Source: Acholeplasmataceae bacterium UBA5617 (lineage in GTDB: Bacteria; Bacillota_I; Bacilli_A; Acholeplasmatales; Acholeplasmataceae). From it: a DNA stretch of 59,019 nt. The DNA is taken from assembly GCA_002424575.1 (NCBI GenBank), contig DIKN01000009.1:1-59019 (forward strand). The letters are read 5' to 3'. A program made the translations under genes and the position numbers. The notes below the pieces were generated by a model, which had not been told where the DNA came from, searched no databases, and was given only the letters and a program-made list of their open reading frames with translations. This document shows, one piece after another, positions 31,526 through 39,793 of this stretch. Numbering within the stretch: position 1 is the first letter of the stretch; every line of letters begins with the position of its first letter.

Positions 31526-32722
31526 TTAGTCTTTAAACTTAAGCATGTGACCCATTTTTTCTTTTTTGGTTCTCATGTAAAGTTCATTGCGTTCATTGTG
31601 ATTGAGTTGGATGGGTTCACGTGATGTAATTTCTAAACCGTGACCAGTTAAACCTTTTAGTTTGAGTGGATTATTGGTCATCAGTTTCACTTTGGTAACT
31701 CCCAAATCAGATAAGATTTGTGCACCAATGCCGTAATCTCTTAAATCTTCATCAAAACCCAATGCAAGATTGGCCTCAACGGTATCCATCCCTTGATCTT
31801 GAAGACCATATGCTCGAATCTTATTGATTAAACCGATTCCACGACCTTCTTGACGCATGTAAAGTAAAACGCCTTTTCCTGCTCTTTCAATCTTATCTAA
31901 AGCGGCTTGAAGTTGCTCACCACAATCACATTTCAACGAGCCAAAAGCATCACCCGTTAAGCATTCTGAGTGGACACGAACTAACACTTCATCACCAGGT
32001 TTGATATCACCTTTAACTAATGCAACATGATGTTCGCCATTTAATGCATTTTCAAAACCAATCATGCGAAATTCTCCATGTGAAGTTGGAAGATTAGCTT
32101 CTGCAGCACGTTTGACTAAGCTTGCATCCTTTTTACGATATTCAATCAATGAAGCAATGCTAATCATCATCCAACCGTTGGCTAAAGCGAGATCTTTGAG
32201 TTCATCGATCTGATAAAGAACTCCGTTGGATTTGATCATTTCAACGGTTAACCCCGCGGGATAAAGACCAGCCATTTCGGTTAAATCCATGATTGATTCA
32301 GGGTGACCGGCACGCTTTAGCACACCACCTTGACGTGCAACAATCGGGAAGAGTGAACCATGTTGTTTAAAATCAGCTGGTTTTGCATCTTGGGATACCA
32401 AACGCAAAATCGTTTTTTCTAATCGTTTCAAGCCTTCATCTGATGACTGTGATAAATCTATGGTTAATCGCGTTGCATGTTCACTGATGATGGAACGTTC
32501 ATAGGTCGCTGGTATCTCTAATTCATTGAAACGTTCCTTCATTCCAACAATTGAAAAAGCACCTTCAGTCAGTGATCGAAAAGATTCTAACCACGATGCA
32601 GAGACATGTTCAGCTGCCATCACTATTTCTCCAACGTTATCATCATCGTCATCATCAATCACGATGATAGGTAATCCCTTTTTAATGGCTTCAAGAGCCT
32701 GTTCAACGGTATGACATTTCAT
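31526..32722 (-). CDS. ribBA: RibBA fusion: intact GTP cyclohydrolase II, degenerate DHBP synthase domain
   Basis: RVHSECLTGD..CDC, QEGRGIGL, TNNP intact; RENEGD replaced by DDNVGE, GLIC by GAFS, RPGH by QHGS, GHTE by GHPE. Confidence 0.92.
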   Translation of the reverse strand: MKCHTVEQALEAIKKGLPIIVIDDDDDDNVGEIVMAAEHVSASWLESFRSLTEGAFSIVGMKERFNELEIPATYERSIISEHATRLTIDLSQSSDEGLKRLEKTILRLVSQDAKPADFKQHGSLFPIVARQGGVLKRAGHPESIMDLTEMAGLYPAGLTVEMIKSNGVLYQIDELKDLALANGWMMISIASLIEYRKKDASLVKRAAEANLPTSHGEFRMIGFENALNGEHHVALVKGDIKPGDEVLVRVHSECLTGDAFGSLKCDCGEQLQAALDKIERAGKGVLLYMRQEGRGIGLINKIRAYGLQDQGMDTVEANLALGFDEDLRDYGIGAQILSDLGVTKVKLMTNNPLKLKGLTGHGLEITSREPIQLNHNERNELYMRTKKEKMGHMLKFKD

Positions 32723-32724
32723 GT

Positions 32725-33837
32725 TTATTTTTCCTCCTGGTTTGTAAAATAACCTTCAATCATGAGATCATCATCAAAGGATCTATATCTGATATTGTTT
32801 AATAAATAGGCGTCTTTCATCATCGATATGCCATCACCACCAACGGGTGTAAGTGCTTCTTTTCCACCGATGATTTTGGGTGCGATAAAGACATAAGCTT
32901 TATCAACAATCTGTGATTCAATCGCGGTGGCATGAAGATAGGAACCACCCTCAATGAGCACACCATCAATCTTTTGTTCGCCAAGATAGGTCATGAACAT
33001 CTCAAGATTAAAGGAATGCATGGGCTGTTGAATGATGCGAACACCACGTGATTCATAGTCTCTAAAGCGTTTAGATTCAATCTTTTGATCGATAATCAGC
33101 CATGTCGGTTGAACCTTGGCTGATGTCACCACATAACTTGTTAAAGGTGTGTTGAGTTCGGGATCGATGACCAATCGAATGGGATGACGTGAGGGCGTGT
33201 TATTTCTTCTCGTATCCAAATGTGGATCATCAGCAATCACCGTGTTAACACCAACCATAATCGCCATGTATTGATTGCGTAATTCATGTACAAAAGCCCG
33301 TGATTTTTCATTCGTAATCCATTTGGAATCGCGTGTTTTTGTAGCGATTTTACCATCTAGGGTCATCGCATATTTGATGGCAACAAAAGGCTTTTTTTGT
33401 TGAATATACTTTAAGAAAATTTCATTTTGTCGTCTTGCTTCATCTTCGAGTATTCCACTTTCTACTTCAATACCAGCATCTTGGAGCAATTTGACACCTT
33501 TACTGTTGACCAGTGGATTGGGATCGAGTTGACTGATAAAAACACGCTTGATCTTTTTCTCGATAATTTTTAGTGCACAAGGTGGTGTTTTGCCATAGTG
33601 AGAACAAGGTTCTAATGTGACATACATGTCCGCACCTTCGACATCCTCAGTGGCGTGAAGAAATGCATTGACCTCTGCATGTGCGTGACCAAAACATTCA
33701 TGGTACCCTTCACCGATGATTTTGCCATCTTTAACGATCACAGCACCAACCAAGGGATTGGGATTGACAAATCCTTTGCCCTTTTCTGCAAGTTCGAGTG
33801 CACGTTTCATGTACATGATGTTTTCATGATGACTCAT
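32725..33837 (-). CDS. ribD: Bifunctional pyrimidine deaminase/reductase RibD
   Basis: PNPLVG, HAE, LEPCSHYGKTPPC, TLDGKIA, SKWIT, EGG, APKIIGG. Start corrected to 33837. Confidence 0.95.
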   Translation of the reverse strand: MSHHENIMYMKRALELAEKGKGFVNPNPLVGAVIVKDGKIIGEGYHECFGHAHAEVNAFLHATEDVEGADMYVTLEPCSHYGKTPPCALKIIEKKIKRVFISQLDPNPLVNSKGVKLLQDAGIEVESGILEDEARRQNEIFLKYIQQKKPFVAIKYAMTLDGKIATKTRDSKWITNEKSRAFVHELRNQYMAIMVGVNTVIADDPHLDTRRNNTPSRHPIRLVIDPELNTPLTSYVVTSAKVQPTWLIIDQKIESKRFRDYESRGVRIIQQPMHSFNLEMFMTYLGEQKIDGVLIEGGSYLHATAIESQIVDKAYVFIAPKIIGGKEALTPVGGDGISMMKDAYLLNNIRYRSFDDDLMIEGYFTNQEEK

Positions 33838-34267
33838 AGGATTCACCATCACCATCTTCACGATGGATTTTATTTAATATTGCATAGAGTTGTTTTGCAT
33901 CTTCTTCATTCACAGCAAACGATTGGAAAACCTCAAAAGGGATATTTTTAGCCTCTTTTGCTAATTGTTTGCCTTGCTCTGTTAAGTCAATCCAAACCTT
34001 TCGTTCATCTTTATCATCGCGTGTACGCTGAATACGCCCATCTGCTTCGAGTTTTTTGAGAAGAGGTGTGAGTGTGCCAGAATCCAGGGATAGACGCGCT
34101 CCTAAATCGGATACCGTTTGATGGTCTTCTTCCCAAAGTGCAATCATGGTCACATATTGTGTATACGTCAATTTGAGTGGATCAAGGAATGGCTTATAAT
34201 GCTTGATGACTTGTCGTGAACTCGAATAAAGAAGGAAGCATAACTGATCATTGAGCTTCCATGTCAT
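33824..34267 (-). CDS. ohrR: OhrR-type MarR organic-peroxide sensor (single Cys)
   Basis: DQLCFLLY with the reactive Cys, LTYTQY, LDSGTLTPLLKKLE, DER. Confidence 0.88.
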   Translation of the reverse strand: MTWKLNDQLCFLLYSSSRQVIKHYKPFLDPLKLTYTQYVTMIALWEEDHQTVSDLGARLSLDSGTLTPLLKKLEADGRIQRTRDDKDERKVWIDLTEQGKQLAKEAKNIPFEVFQSFAVNEEDAKQLYAILNKIHREDGDGESYESS

Positions 34268-34783
34268 TTAAATCACCTCTTCAATGTAGGGTGCAATCTT
34301 ATCGGGGGTAAACCCAGGACCGAAACGGTGAATGACTTGCCCTTGGCGGTTAACGAGGAACTTGGTGAAATTCCATTTGATGGAGGTGTTGGGTAATAAA
34401 CGTGATAACAATGTGTTCTTCCCATGATCACCTAAATCTTTCTTTTTTTCGTTTCTTAAATACTTATAAAGAGGATGTGCTTGTTTACCATTGACATCAA
34501 GTTTAGCAAAAGTCTTGAACTGTGTACCATAATTAAGTTCACAAAACGACTTCAGTTCTTGATCAGTCCCTGGAGCTTGATTCATAAACTGGTTGCATGG
34601 AAAATCTAGTATTTCAAAACCTTTCTTGCGATATGTCTCATAGATCTTCTCAAGACCTTCATACTGTGGCGTTAGGCCACACTTGGTTGCTGAATTAATA
34701 ATCAACAATACTTTTCCTTCGTATGCTTTGAGTGATACTTCTTTTTGATCAACATCTTTCACTGTAAACTGATAAACTGACAT
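34268..34783 (-). CDS. gpx: Cys-type glutathione peroxidase family (probably thioredoxin-dependent)
   Basis: ATKCGLTPQY, FPCNQF, FCELNYG (resolving Cys), IKWNFTKF. Confidence 0.92.
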   Translation of the reverse strand: MSVYQFTVKDVDQKEVSLKAYEGKVLLIINSATKCGLTPQYEGLEKIYETYRKKGFEILDFPCNQFMNQAPGTDQELKSFCELNYGTQFKTFAKLDVNGKQAHPLYKYLRNEKKKDLGDHGKNTLLSRLLPNTSIKWNFTKFLVNRQGQVIHRFGPGFTPDKIAPYIEEVI

Positions 34784-34814
34784 ATTTAATCCTCCGAGTT
34801 AAATCTATATTTTA

Positions 34815-34851
34815 TACAACTTAATTTTATCAAATATAATTGTATAATCAA
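34815..34851 (-). promoter_or_regulatory. gpx operon promoter covered by a tandem OhrR-like operator
   Basis: Minus strand TTGATT-16-TAAAAT (extended -10). TACAATTATATTTGA-TAAAATTAAGTTGTA (34815-34844) matches the B. subtilis ohrA repeat TACAATTAAATTGTA at 12/15 and 13/15. Confidence 0.75.
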
Positions 34852-34865
34852 ATCATTTGCTTTTT

Positions 34866-34893
34866 AAAAAATGAACCCATCTATAGGGCTCAT
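34866..34893 (-). terminator. Intrinsic terminator after carotenoid desaturase
   Basis: ATGAGCCC-tatagat-GGGTTCAT plus T-run on the minus strand. Confidence 0.65.
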
Positions 34894-36359
34894 TTCTTAT
34901 GTTTTTGAATCAAATCGAAAGCAATCAATGCCGATTGATAAATCGTCGGTAATCCACTACCTGGATGTGTTCCACCACCAACCAAATAAAGGTTTTTAAA
35001 TTCTTCAAAACGATTATGTGGTCTTAAAAATAGCATTTGATCCAAGCCGTGCGCTAAATTGAAAACCGCACCACGATAGATATGTTCTTTTTCTTGCCAA
35101 TCATGTGGTGTGTAAATCATTTCTTCTTCAATAAGTGGTTCAAGGTCAATACCATGATGCTCTTTAATCATATTCAAGACCATATCTTTCATCTGCATGT
35201 TATGTGCATCCCAATCTGTGACATGATGCATATTGGGAACCGGGACGAGAATGTAGAGTGAACTCTTACCTTGCGGTGCGAGTGTCTCATCGATTCGACT
35301 GGGGTTGTGCACATAGATGGATAGATCATCGGTTTTTTTACCATCCATGAGGGTATGAAGATAAGCATCATAATCCTTGGAGAATATGATCTCATGATGA
35401 GGAAAATCGAGCATTTGATGAATACCTAAGTAAAGCATCCACGTGGAAACCGAGTATTTTTTCTTTTGTAGTTTTTCAGGGGTATATTTTTTGAGGTGTT
35501 TTGGGTTGAAAAGCGATGTCATGCCATATGCAAAATCAGCATTCATGATGCAAAGATCCGTATCTATCTCATCACCCTTTTCCGTGATGACGCTTTTGAC
35601 TGTTTGATGTTCAACCACAACTTCTTTGACAGGTGTTGAAAGGTTCAATCGGCCACCGCATGAAATAAATAATTTTGCCATCGTTTCATTGATCTGATTA
35701 AGACCGCCTTTGACATGGTACAAGCCACCTGCATGTTCGAGAAAGGGTAAAATGGTGAAAATGGAAGGTGCTTGATAAGATGCCATGCCCAAATATTTTG
35801 CTTGAAAGGATAAACTGTGAATGAAATGTGGGTCTTTGCTATAAGCAGATAACATCTTATACACCGATTGAAAAGGATGTGCGTAGGGTGCTGCTTTTAA
35901 AACATCCTTTCGAAAGAGATGAAAGATGTTGGGAAATGGTTTTTCAAGAATCGATTTAATTGCACCAAATTTTTGATGTTGATCATCCATCCACTTCAGA
36001 TAAGCATCTCCTAAACCGGGATGTAAATCATCAAATGCATTGACGTTATCGTGTGGGTCTTGCCTGATTTCAAGCGTATGTTTTGGATAAACCAAGCGAT
36101 ACAGTGGATCCAGTTTGATGAGCGAGAGTTCCTGATCAAGATCAAATCCAGAGCGCTTAAATACAGTTCTTAATACATCGACATACATGAGGAATGTAGG
36201 TCCCATGTCGAAATGATAATCACCCAATGTGATTTTTTTACTACGTCCACCGACGCGATCATCCTTTTCAAAAATGGTCACATCATAACCCTGTTTGATA
36301 AGCATTAAACCTGCAGCTAACCCGCCAGGACCAGCGCCAATAATGACTACTTTTTTCAT
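34890..36359 (-). CDS. crtI: Phytoene/diapophytoene desaturase family (CrtI/CrtN)
   Basis: IIGAGPGGL, FDMGPT, YLGM, IYVHNPS..D..LAP, GGGTHPGSGLPTI. Confidence 0.85.
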   Translation of the reverse strand: MKKVVIIGAGPGGLAAGLMLIKQGYDVTIFEKDDRVGGRSKKITLGDYHFDMGPTFLMYVDVLRTVFKRSGFDLDQELSLIKLDPLYRLVYPKHTLEIRQDPHDNVNAFDDLHPGLGDAYLKWMDDQHQKFGAIKSILEKPFPNIFHLFRKDVLKAAPYAHPFQSVYKMLSAYSKDPHFIHSLSFQAKYLGMASYQAPSIFTILPFLEHAGGLYHVKGGLNQINETMAKLFISCGGRLNLSTPVKEVVVEHQTVKSVITEKGDEIDTDLCIMNADFAYGMTSLFNPKHLKKYTPEKLQKKKYSVSTWMLYLGIHQMLDFPHHEIIFSKDYDAYLHTLMDGKKTDDLSIYVHNPSRIDETLAPQGKSSLYILVPVPNMHHVTDWDAHNMQMKDMVLNMIKEHHGIDLEPLIEEEMIYTPHDWQEKEHIYRGAVFNLAHGLDQMLFLRPHNRFEEFKNLYLVGGGTHPGSGLPTIYQSALIAFDLIQKHKK

Positions 36360-37576
36360 GTTCTTAAACGGGCATCTGCATCTTTAAATTCTTGAATGAA
36401 ACGCCGCATTTCCTCCATTAATACAGTATCAGGTGCACCTTTGAGCACCATGCCATCCAAATACATCATCGACTTAATGATGGGAAACATTCCTTTTTCA
36501 AACACCATACCTGAATGGACACCTAATTTGATGGTTTCCATCATTTTGCGTGTCAAACTCACCTCTGAGACGGTTTTTCCAGCAAAATCATGGTAGAGAT
36601 CTAACATTTTTTGATGATAAATATCAAACTGCTTGCCAGAGATTTCTTGATCAGCCATATGATTGAGTGCATGCGCACACCCATCGTAATCGTATTCAGA
36701 TAAGAAGGTCATAAACTCAAATAGACCCGCTTGAATCTTTGGACCAACTTTCGAAATTGCACCTGTATCGATAAAATAATAGTCTTGACCTTTGACGATC
36801 AGATTTCCTGGATGAAGATCTCCATGGAATGTACCTATCAAAAAGATGTAAAATCCATGGATATGAAAGATTTCTAAAATATCGTTAAAAGGCATCTTTT
36901 TTGCCTTCAAAAGATCATCTGCAGTCGGTCCATCGATGAACTCAGAAACCAAAACATGTTCCGATGATAGATCTTCATAGATTTTGGGAAACTTCAAACG
37001 TGAAAGATCAAACTTCTCCTTATTCTTTTCATAAATATCTTTGAGAATCTTACCGTGTGCGATTTCATTTCGTAAATCGAGTTCAGCTAAGGTGTATGCT
37101 TCAATGTGTTCAAGGATACCGACAGGATCAGCAACTTTAGCAAGCTTAGGATAAAAGAAAATGACGAATTTGATTAATCGTCGCAAGGATTTTACATCTT
37201 TTTCAAATGACTTTTTAAAGTCTTTTTTAATGACTTTGACAACAACGCTTTCACCTGTTTTGAGCGTTGCAAGGTGAACTTGCCCCACTGAAGCACTTCC
37301 TAGTGACTTTCTTTCGATGGATAAAAACGATTCATGCCAAGTGGGTGTGGTGTAACTATGAAGTAAATCAAAAAAATTTTCTTCTTTAATCGGTGTTGTG
37401 TGGGTATAAAGCTGCGCAAGATGTGTGCATGTTTCTTCGCTTAAAAAGTCGATTCTTAAGGCGAAAGTTTGCGCGATTTTGACCGCTAATAATCCCTTTT
37501 TTTGAATGTAATCCAAATCAGGAAGTTTTCTTGAGAAAATCATTTTAAATAACTTGATAAACACCAGCCAGCGCAT
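36356..37576 (-). CDS. UbiB/ABC1 (AarF) atypical kinase-like protein
   Basis: VKIAQ (KxGQ variant), GSASVGQVH, VVVK, ELD..NE, HGDLHPGN, IDTG; 4-nt overlap with crtI. Confidence 0.87.
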   Translation of the reverse strand: MRWLVFIKLFKMIFSRKLPDLDYIQKKGLLAVKIAQTFALRIDFLSEETCTHLAQLYTHTTPIKEENFFDLLHSYTTPTWHESFLSIERKSLGSASVGQVHLATLKTGESVVVKVIKKDFKKSFEKDVKSLRRLIKFVIFFYPKLAKVADPVGILEHIEAYTLAELDLRNEIAHGKILKDIYEKNKEKFDLSRLKFPKIYEDLSSEHVLVSEFIDGPTADDLLKAKKMPFNDILEIFHIHGFYIFLIGTFHGDLHPGNLIVKGQDYYFIDTGAISKVGPKIQAGLFEFMTFLSEYDYDGCAHALNHMADQEISGKQFDIYHQKMLDLYHDFAGKTVSEVSLTRKMMETIKLGVHSGMVFEKGMFPIIKSMMYLDGMVLKGAPDTVLMEEMRRFIQEFKDADARLRT

Positions 37577-37631
37577 CGTATTCCTCCACCTTGTCTATAG
37601 TTTACCAAACAATAATAAAAAATGTCACCCA

Positions 37632-39707
37632 TTACACTTTTTGTGAACGTCGTATGGTTTCAAGTAAAAAAAGGATTGCAGTCAAAGACCAAAGTGATGA
37701 TACGAGCACGTACAAGAGTATCGTGGTGTGATGTGTAGAATCTTCTGGTAAGCCCTCTTCAAAGCGTAACTCAATCGATAAAGCCTCTTCTGGAGAAAGT
37801 GTCAATTGTGCTTCTCTTGATAAAAGCATCCCTTGATAATACCATCCTGCAACATGATAACCCGTCTTGGCGACACCTTCAAAAGTCACGGGCAAATCGT
37901 GATAGTAGTGGTCAACTGCATGCCCTGATGTATCCATTTTACCCAGAATCTGAACCGATCCTTTGGAGGCATCAAAATCGATTGAAACGTGATGTTTTTC
38001 TGATAAACCCAAATAATTCTCCATGGTTTCCATCATCACCGCTTGCCGACCATCAGCAAATGCATACATTCGATCAACATAGGTCATCCATGTATCCATC
38101 GATGCTGGATATCCCCATCTTTGGATGTGCTTTTCCATGTCAGGTGTATAGAGTTCAACCCAGTCATCCAATTCATCGGTGATACGCGTTTCATCAAAAA
38201 CAGTTTCTAAAAGTTCTTTCATGCGATAGACAAACTGTGCTTTGAACTGATCATTTTTAAGTAAACTTGTGAAGAGTTTGCCAGTCTTCCAATTCTGACC
38301 TGTCAGTCGTTCAAAACTGTTGACATCGGGTGTTGTTGCACCCCATGATATGCCAAAAGAGGCATCCAAATCATTGATGATAAAACGCCATCTTCCATCA
38401 TGTCCATAAGCTGCACTCGGTTGATAGCTTGTATTTTTTCGCCAATAAAGGATGTTGTTTTGTGGCCAGTCGACATTCCCCATATACAGTTGACTAATCA
38501 TATAATCGATGTAGTTGTCTGTATCAAGCCAGCGTTGAACATTATGATATTTTCGATCATCTGAAAGATCTTGAAGTGTTGCGTATTGATACAAGCGCTG
38601 ATAGTGCAATTGCCCACTTCGACTTCCATCTTCCATGTAAGCATGTCCTGTTAAAATCGTCACCTGGCGTTCATTAAGACCATAATGATCATCAAGATAA
38701 TTTGTATCGATGCGTTCTCGAATATTTCGAATTCCAAAGTACTCACCGTTGATGAACAGGATCACAGGACGACTGTTTTGCAAATCAAGAGTAAGTGGCT
38801 TAAGGATATGCTGTGCGAAGGCTTCACCAAAGAATGTATACTGGTAACTTTGTCCACCATTTCTTAGTACAAGACGTTTAAATGAGGTGATCTCTTCATC
38901 AGCGAAAAAAGGATATTCAAAACGATTCTGTTCATCATATTCAGTTCGTGCATAAAGACGGTAACTCTTGATCGGATATTTTCGTGATAATCCACCGTGA
39001 AGACGAATACCTGCATCTTGCGACATCACACGCAAGCCTGTTGGTTCAAAAAGTTCGACATGAATGGGTCTTTCCCAGTCATCACCACGCATGAAATAAT
39101 TACCTGTTCGATTTTGATGACCAGCTTCATCCAGTGATGAGTCATAGTGTTTTCCCATGATACTGATTCCTGTGTTGTAATCATAAAGATTCTTTGGGTC
39201 TGTTATGATAGACATCACTAAAAAACGATAGTATTCATCGATCTTTTCACTGACAAAATAAGTTTCAGTCAACACATCACTTTTTTTCTTTCCCGTTAAA
39301 TCATAAGCCATAACTTTCAATATGGTCGCTTGAAAGATATCATCTTTTGGTGAAATCCAATACAGTGGGGATGTCCGAATCAATGATAATGGGGTTGGAA
39401 TGGTTGTTGTATGTTGATCAATCACAAATTCTTCTCCCGTGGCTTCAATCCATTGTTCTTCGATCAGAAGGGGTGCAATATAACGGTTTGAAGAAGATGT
39501 GGGTGTCGTACCATCCAGCGTGTAATAGACGATAGTGTTTGGTTTTGGATTGATTGTCAATAAAAAAGAGGTGTTGTAAAATCCGCCAAGATGTGAAAGT
39601 GTGGGGGTATAATCAGTCGTTTGGTCTTCAGTGAGTGCTGTTGCTGAAAAACTTGATAAAAAAAGACTCGATAGAATCATCAAGCATACCATCAACGTTT
39701 TTTTCAT
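37632..39707 (-). CDS. Surface CotH-kinase-family protein with signal peptide, Ig/Fn3-like domain and C-terminal TM anchor
   Basis: YYTLDGTTP, GIRLHG..SR, FINGEYFG, NVDWPQNN, RWRFIINDLD. Confidence 0.82.
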   Translation of the reverse strand: MKKTLMVCLMILSSLFLSSFSATALTEDQTTDYTPTLSHLGGFYNTSFLLTINPKPNTIVYYTLDGTTPTSSSNRYIAPLLIEEQWIEATGEEFVIDQHTTTIPTPLSLIRTSPLYWISPKDDIFQATILKVMAYDLTGKKKSDVLTETYFVSEKIDEYYRFLVMSIITDPKNLYDYNTGISIMGKHYDSSLDEAGHQNRTGNYFMRGDDWERPIHVELFEPTGLRVMSQDAGIRLHGGLSRKYPIKSYRLYARTEYDEQNRFEYPFFADEEITSFKRLVLRNGGQSYQYTFFGEAFAQHILKPLTLDLQNSRPVILFINGEYFGIRNIRERIDTNYLDDHYGLNERQVTILTGHAYMEDGSRSGQLHYQRLYQYATLQDLSDDRKYHNVQRWLDTDNYIDYMISQLYMGNVDWPQNNILYWRKNTSYQPSAAYGHDGRWRFIINDLDASFGISWGATTPDVNSFERLTGQNWKTGKLFTSLLKNDQFKAQFVYRMKELLETVFDETRITDELDDWVELYTPDMEKHIQRWGYPASMDTWMTYVDRMYAFADGRQAVMMETMENYLGLSEKHHVSIDFDASKGSVQILGKMDTSGHAVDHYYHDLPVTFEGVAKTGYHVAGWYYQGMLLSREAQLTLSPEEALSIELRFEEGLPEDSTHHTTILLYVLVSSLWSLTAILFLLETIRRSQKV

Positions 39708-39793
39708 GCACTCACCCCTTTTCTTTATTTTACCATACCATAGAGAGCTGGATGTTCGTATTCTCCTTATTAAAATTGAACAAAAAGCGAAGA

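Noticed and set aside
32639-32656. Asp6 codon run in ribBA as a phase-variable repeat or assembly error
   Set aside because: In frame, mixed GAT/GAC codons, and it aligns without a gap to the DDEDRE motif, so substitution rather than slippage.
34784-34890. FMN riboswitch ahead of the rib genes
   Set aside because: No RFN consensus is visible; ribD overlaps ohrR, and the leader holds only a promoter and an OhrR-like operator.
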